DNA from: a virus
Strand: one strand, 5' to 3'
DNA: 64,000 bases
Virus record (IMG/VR): IMGVR_UViG_3300047160_025247
Shown here: positions 61,939 to 64,000 of the stretch, piece after piece
Layout of the letters: every line of letters starts with the position of its first letter
Numbering within the stretch: the stretch's first letter is position 1
Position numbers and translations under genes: made by a program
The notes under the pieces: generated by a model
What the model was told of the DNA's origin: nothing
Database searches by the model: none
The model's input: only the letters and a program-made list of their open reading frames with translations

Positions 61939-62315
61939 GGAGGTTGCCCTACCGTGAGCATGAGCCCCGTTCTGTAGATGAAGAACGGCATACCGATAAA
62001 CGTCGGCTGCCCGATGATCGGGATCTCGGGCCCGAAGAGGCAGTCAAAGGTATCGCCCACCAGCTCAACCCTGCAGCTGCGAGCGACGACTCCAACCGAG
62101 GTGCACTTACCGGTTCCAGATCCGATGTGGTACTGGTTCGGCGCGCCGGCCGGTGTCAGCACACAGTGGATGCGACAGAGCTGCTTGAGCGTGTCGCGAT
62201 CGAGGAGGACGAGGACGGATTCCTTCGGAATCACCGGCTGTAGCTCGGTTCGCGTCTTCGTAAGAACCGCCGGAGCGAAATCCGTTCCGGCGTCTGGCTT
62301 GGTGTCGGTGCTCAT
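61935..62315 (-). CDS. hypothetical protein
   Basis: ATGA coupling to both neighbours. Confidence 0.6.
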   Translation of the reverse strand: MSTDTKPDAGTDFAPAVLTKTRTELQPVIPKESVLVLLDRDTLKQLCRIHCVLTPAGAPNQYHIGSGTGKCTSVGVVARSCRVELVGDTFDCLFGPEIPIIGQPTFIGMPFFIYRTGLMLTVGQPP

Positions 62316-64000
62316 ACCAGCGCCGGTTCCTTGATCGCGTTCGTATCCTCCGTGAGAAATTTCACAAAGTAATCCTTTGTCTCTGACTGCAGAACGTCCG
62401 CGAGGCTCGACTTGTCGAGCACCGAGTCGTAGACCTTACGGTCGTAACCACAGTCGGTGAGCAGGTAGGTATAGTTGCACGGGTACTTCTGGCCGATGCG
62501 ATGGATGCGGTCCTGCGACTGACGCCAGTCGATGTAGCGGTACGAGAGGCCCATGTAGATGCAATCATAGCACGGAACCTCGCAGTCCTTCGCCAGCAGC
62601 GTCACGCCTTCCGACATCGACAACTGACGAACGTAGACGGTGACCGTGGGATCGTCGTTCCAGCGATCGACCGCGGCGTCGCGGTCGCGTTGCGAGGTGA
62701 TGGTGCCGTCGACGCGGACGTACTTGATGCCGTGCTCGCGCAGCATCTCGCAGATACGCTTGATCTCGTACTGGAAGTAGGCCCAGACGATCACCTTGCG
62801 CCCGCGCAGCGTATCGGTGAGCATCTCCATGAGCGCCTGCGTCTTCGCGTCGCTGAAGTGCTTGCCTTCCTTCGAGTCGTCGAGCACGAAGCCTTGGCAA
62901 AGCTGCATCAGCTTCATGATCTTGGCTTGCGCCTGCTCCAGAGTCACCGTTGAATCCTGGATGTAGAGGATCGCTTCCTTCTTCAGCGTGTTGTAGTACC
63001 GGCGCTGCTCGTCGGTCATGTCGAGGAAGATCGGCGTGTGCGTCTTCTTCGGTAGATACGGCAGCACCTCCTCCTTCTTGATGAAGTAGGTGGACTCCGC
63101 CATCGCGGCCGAGATCGCTTCGAGCGCGCCGGCGCGAGGTGTGTTCTTCGTGAAGCCGCCGTGGCCGACCTCCTCGTCGAAGTACTTCTCCAGGAACGCC
63201 TGCTTCGACGCGCCAAGCGTGCGACCGCCGTCCATGATGAGCATTGGATAGAAGACGCTCTCCAGGTTGTTCGCCATCGGCGTACCAGAGAGACCGAGTT
63301 TCTTCTGTGCCCGCTGCGCCAACGCGAGCGTGTACATCGTCTGGTTGGTGTGGTTCGCGCAGCGGTGGCACTCGTCGACGATCAGGCCGGCATACTTGTT
63401 GTGCTCGACGTACTTCAGGCTTTCGTAGTTGGTGATGTGGTAGTGCGCCGGCGTTGCCGAGAGCCGCGCTTTCCGCTCCGCGCTCCCGGTGATGATGAGC
63501 CCCGTGGCGTTCTGCCACTTCGCCAGCTCCTGCTGCCAGGTCTTCAGCATCGTCTTTGGAGCGATGACGAGCACGCCACCTTCGACGCCAGGACGTCCGT
63601 CAACATAGACCGGCGACATCGGTGGGATCAGACCGTTGCGGTACCAACCGCCGGATGCGTCCGCCGCACCGCGGGTCTTCCCAGTGCCCGGATCCCACGC
63701 CATGAGCAGACCGCTGACGCGCTGCGACCAGTGATAGAGAATACCCTGGTAGCGCGTCGGCGGGCAGTCCTGGCCGGTGTAGGGATCGCGCTGGATGCAC
63801 GCGTAGGGATCGATCGGGATCGCGTGGTTTCGGATGATGTGCTCGACCGCGACGCGCGTGTCGTGCTCGACCTTGGCCTGCTTCAGATGCTGCTCGGCGA
63901 ACTCGCGAAGACCAGGCTGCCACTGAATCGGTTCGCTGGTATCTTTCGCGACTTTCTCCAGCGCGATGATCGCCGCTGGCGTGAGCGGGAAGTCCCACTC
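62312..64000 (-). CDS. SNF2-family (SF2) helicase/ATPase (5' truncated by window)
   Basis: DPGTGKT, LIVDECH, LSGTP, QSQDRIHRIGQ; the frame is open to the window edge. Confidence 0.9.
   Translation of the reverse strand, partial: EWDFPLTPAAIIALEKVAKDTSEPIQWQPGLREFAEQHLKQAKVEHDTRVAVEHIIRNHAIPIDPYACIQRDPYTGQDCPPTRYQGILYHWSQRVSGLLMAWDPGTGKTRGAADASGGWYRNGLIPPMSPVYVDGRPGVEGGVLVIAPKTMLKTWQQELAKWQNATGLIITGSAERKARLSATPAHYHITNYESLKYVEHNKYAGLIVDECHRCANHTNQTMYTLALAQRAQKKLGLSGTPMANNLESVFYPMLIMDGGRTLGASKQAFLEKYFDEEVGHGGFTKNTPRAGALEAISAAMAESTYFIKKEEVLPYLPKKTHTPIFLDMTDEQRRYYNTLKKEAILYIQDSTVTLEQAQAKIMKLMQLCQGFVLDDSKEGKHFSDAKTQALMEMLTDTLRGRKVIVWAYFQYEIKRICEMLREHGIKYVRVDGTITSQRDRDAAVDRWNDDPTVTVYVRQLSMSEGVTLLAKDCEVPCYDCIYMGLSYRYIDWRQSQDRIHRIGQKYPCNYTYLLTDCGYDRKVYDSVLDKSSLADVLQSETKDYFVKFLTEDTNAIKEPALV

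Overview
This window is part of a large, high-GC bacterial virus genome (more than 64 kb; both window ends cut helicase genes). It has Shine-Dalgarno sites, ATGA/TAATG gene overlaps, a tmRNA and a sigma70-like promoter. No terminase, portal, HK97 capsid, tail tube, sheath or tape measure gene was recognised. Instead there are six paralogous all-beta proteins that I read as single-jelly-roll (SJR) capsid-type proteins, about 15 small proteins with a C-terminal membrane anchor, and spike/fibre genes. Together these suggest an unusually large tailless, internal-membrane virus (sphaerolipovirus/PRD1-like architecture; inference). Replication and accessory genes include UvrD and SNF2 helicases, ThyX, dNMP kinase, PD-(D/E)XK and VRR-NUC nucleases, a serine recombinase, ParB, three homing endonucleases and several glycosylation genes. 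The most notable signals are: (1) two recurrent peptide motifs in structural ORFs, a hydrophobic-X-G-[LMF]-G motif and a basic/GNP 'NP' delimiter, plus a transglutaminase-like Cys-His-Asp domain heading a polyprotein, together suggesting a virion maturation and cargo-loading system; (2) a ribbon-helix-helix DNA-binding domain fused to a capsid-protein paralog; (3) a palindrome TGTCCG-N6-CGGACA upstream of five transcription units; (4) a CMP-ulosonic-acid glycosylation pathway plus two mucin-like Cys/Thr-rich proteins; (5) a D-arm-less tRNA(UAU) and a tmRNA with an anomalous resume codon, each overlapped by a homing endonuclease ORF. All family assignments come from motif recognition by eye; no database searches were run.
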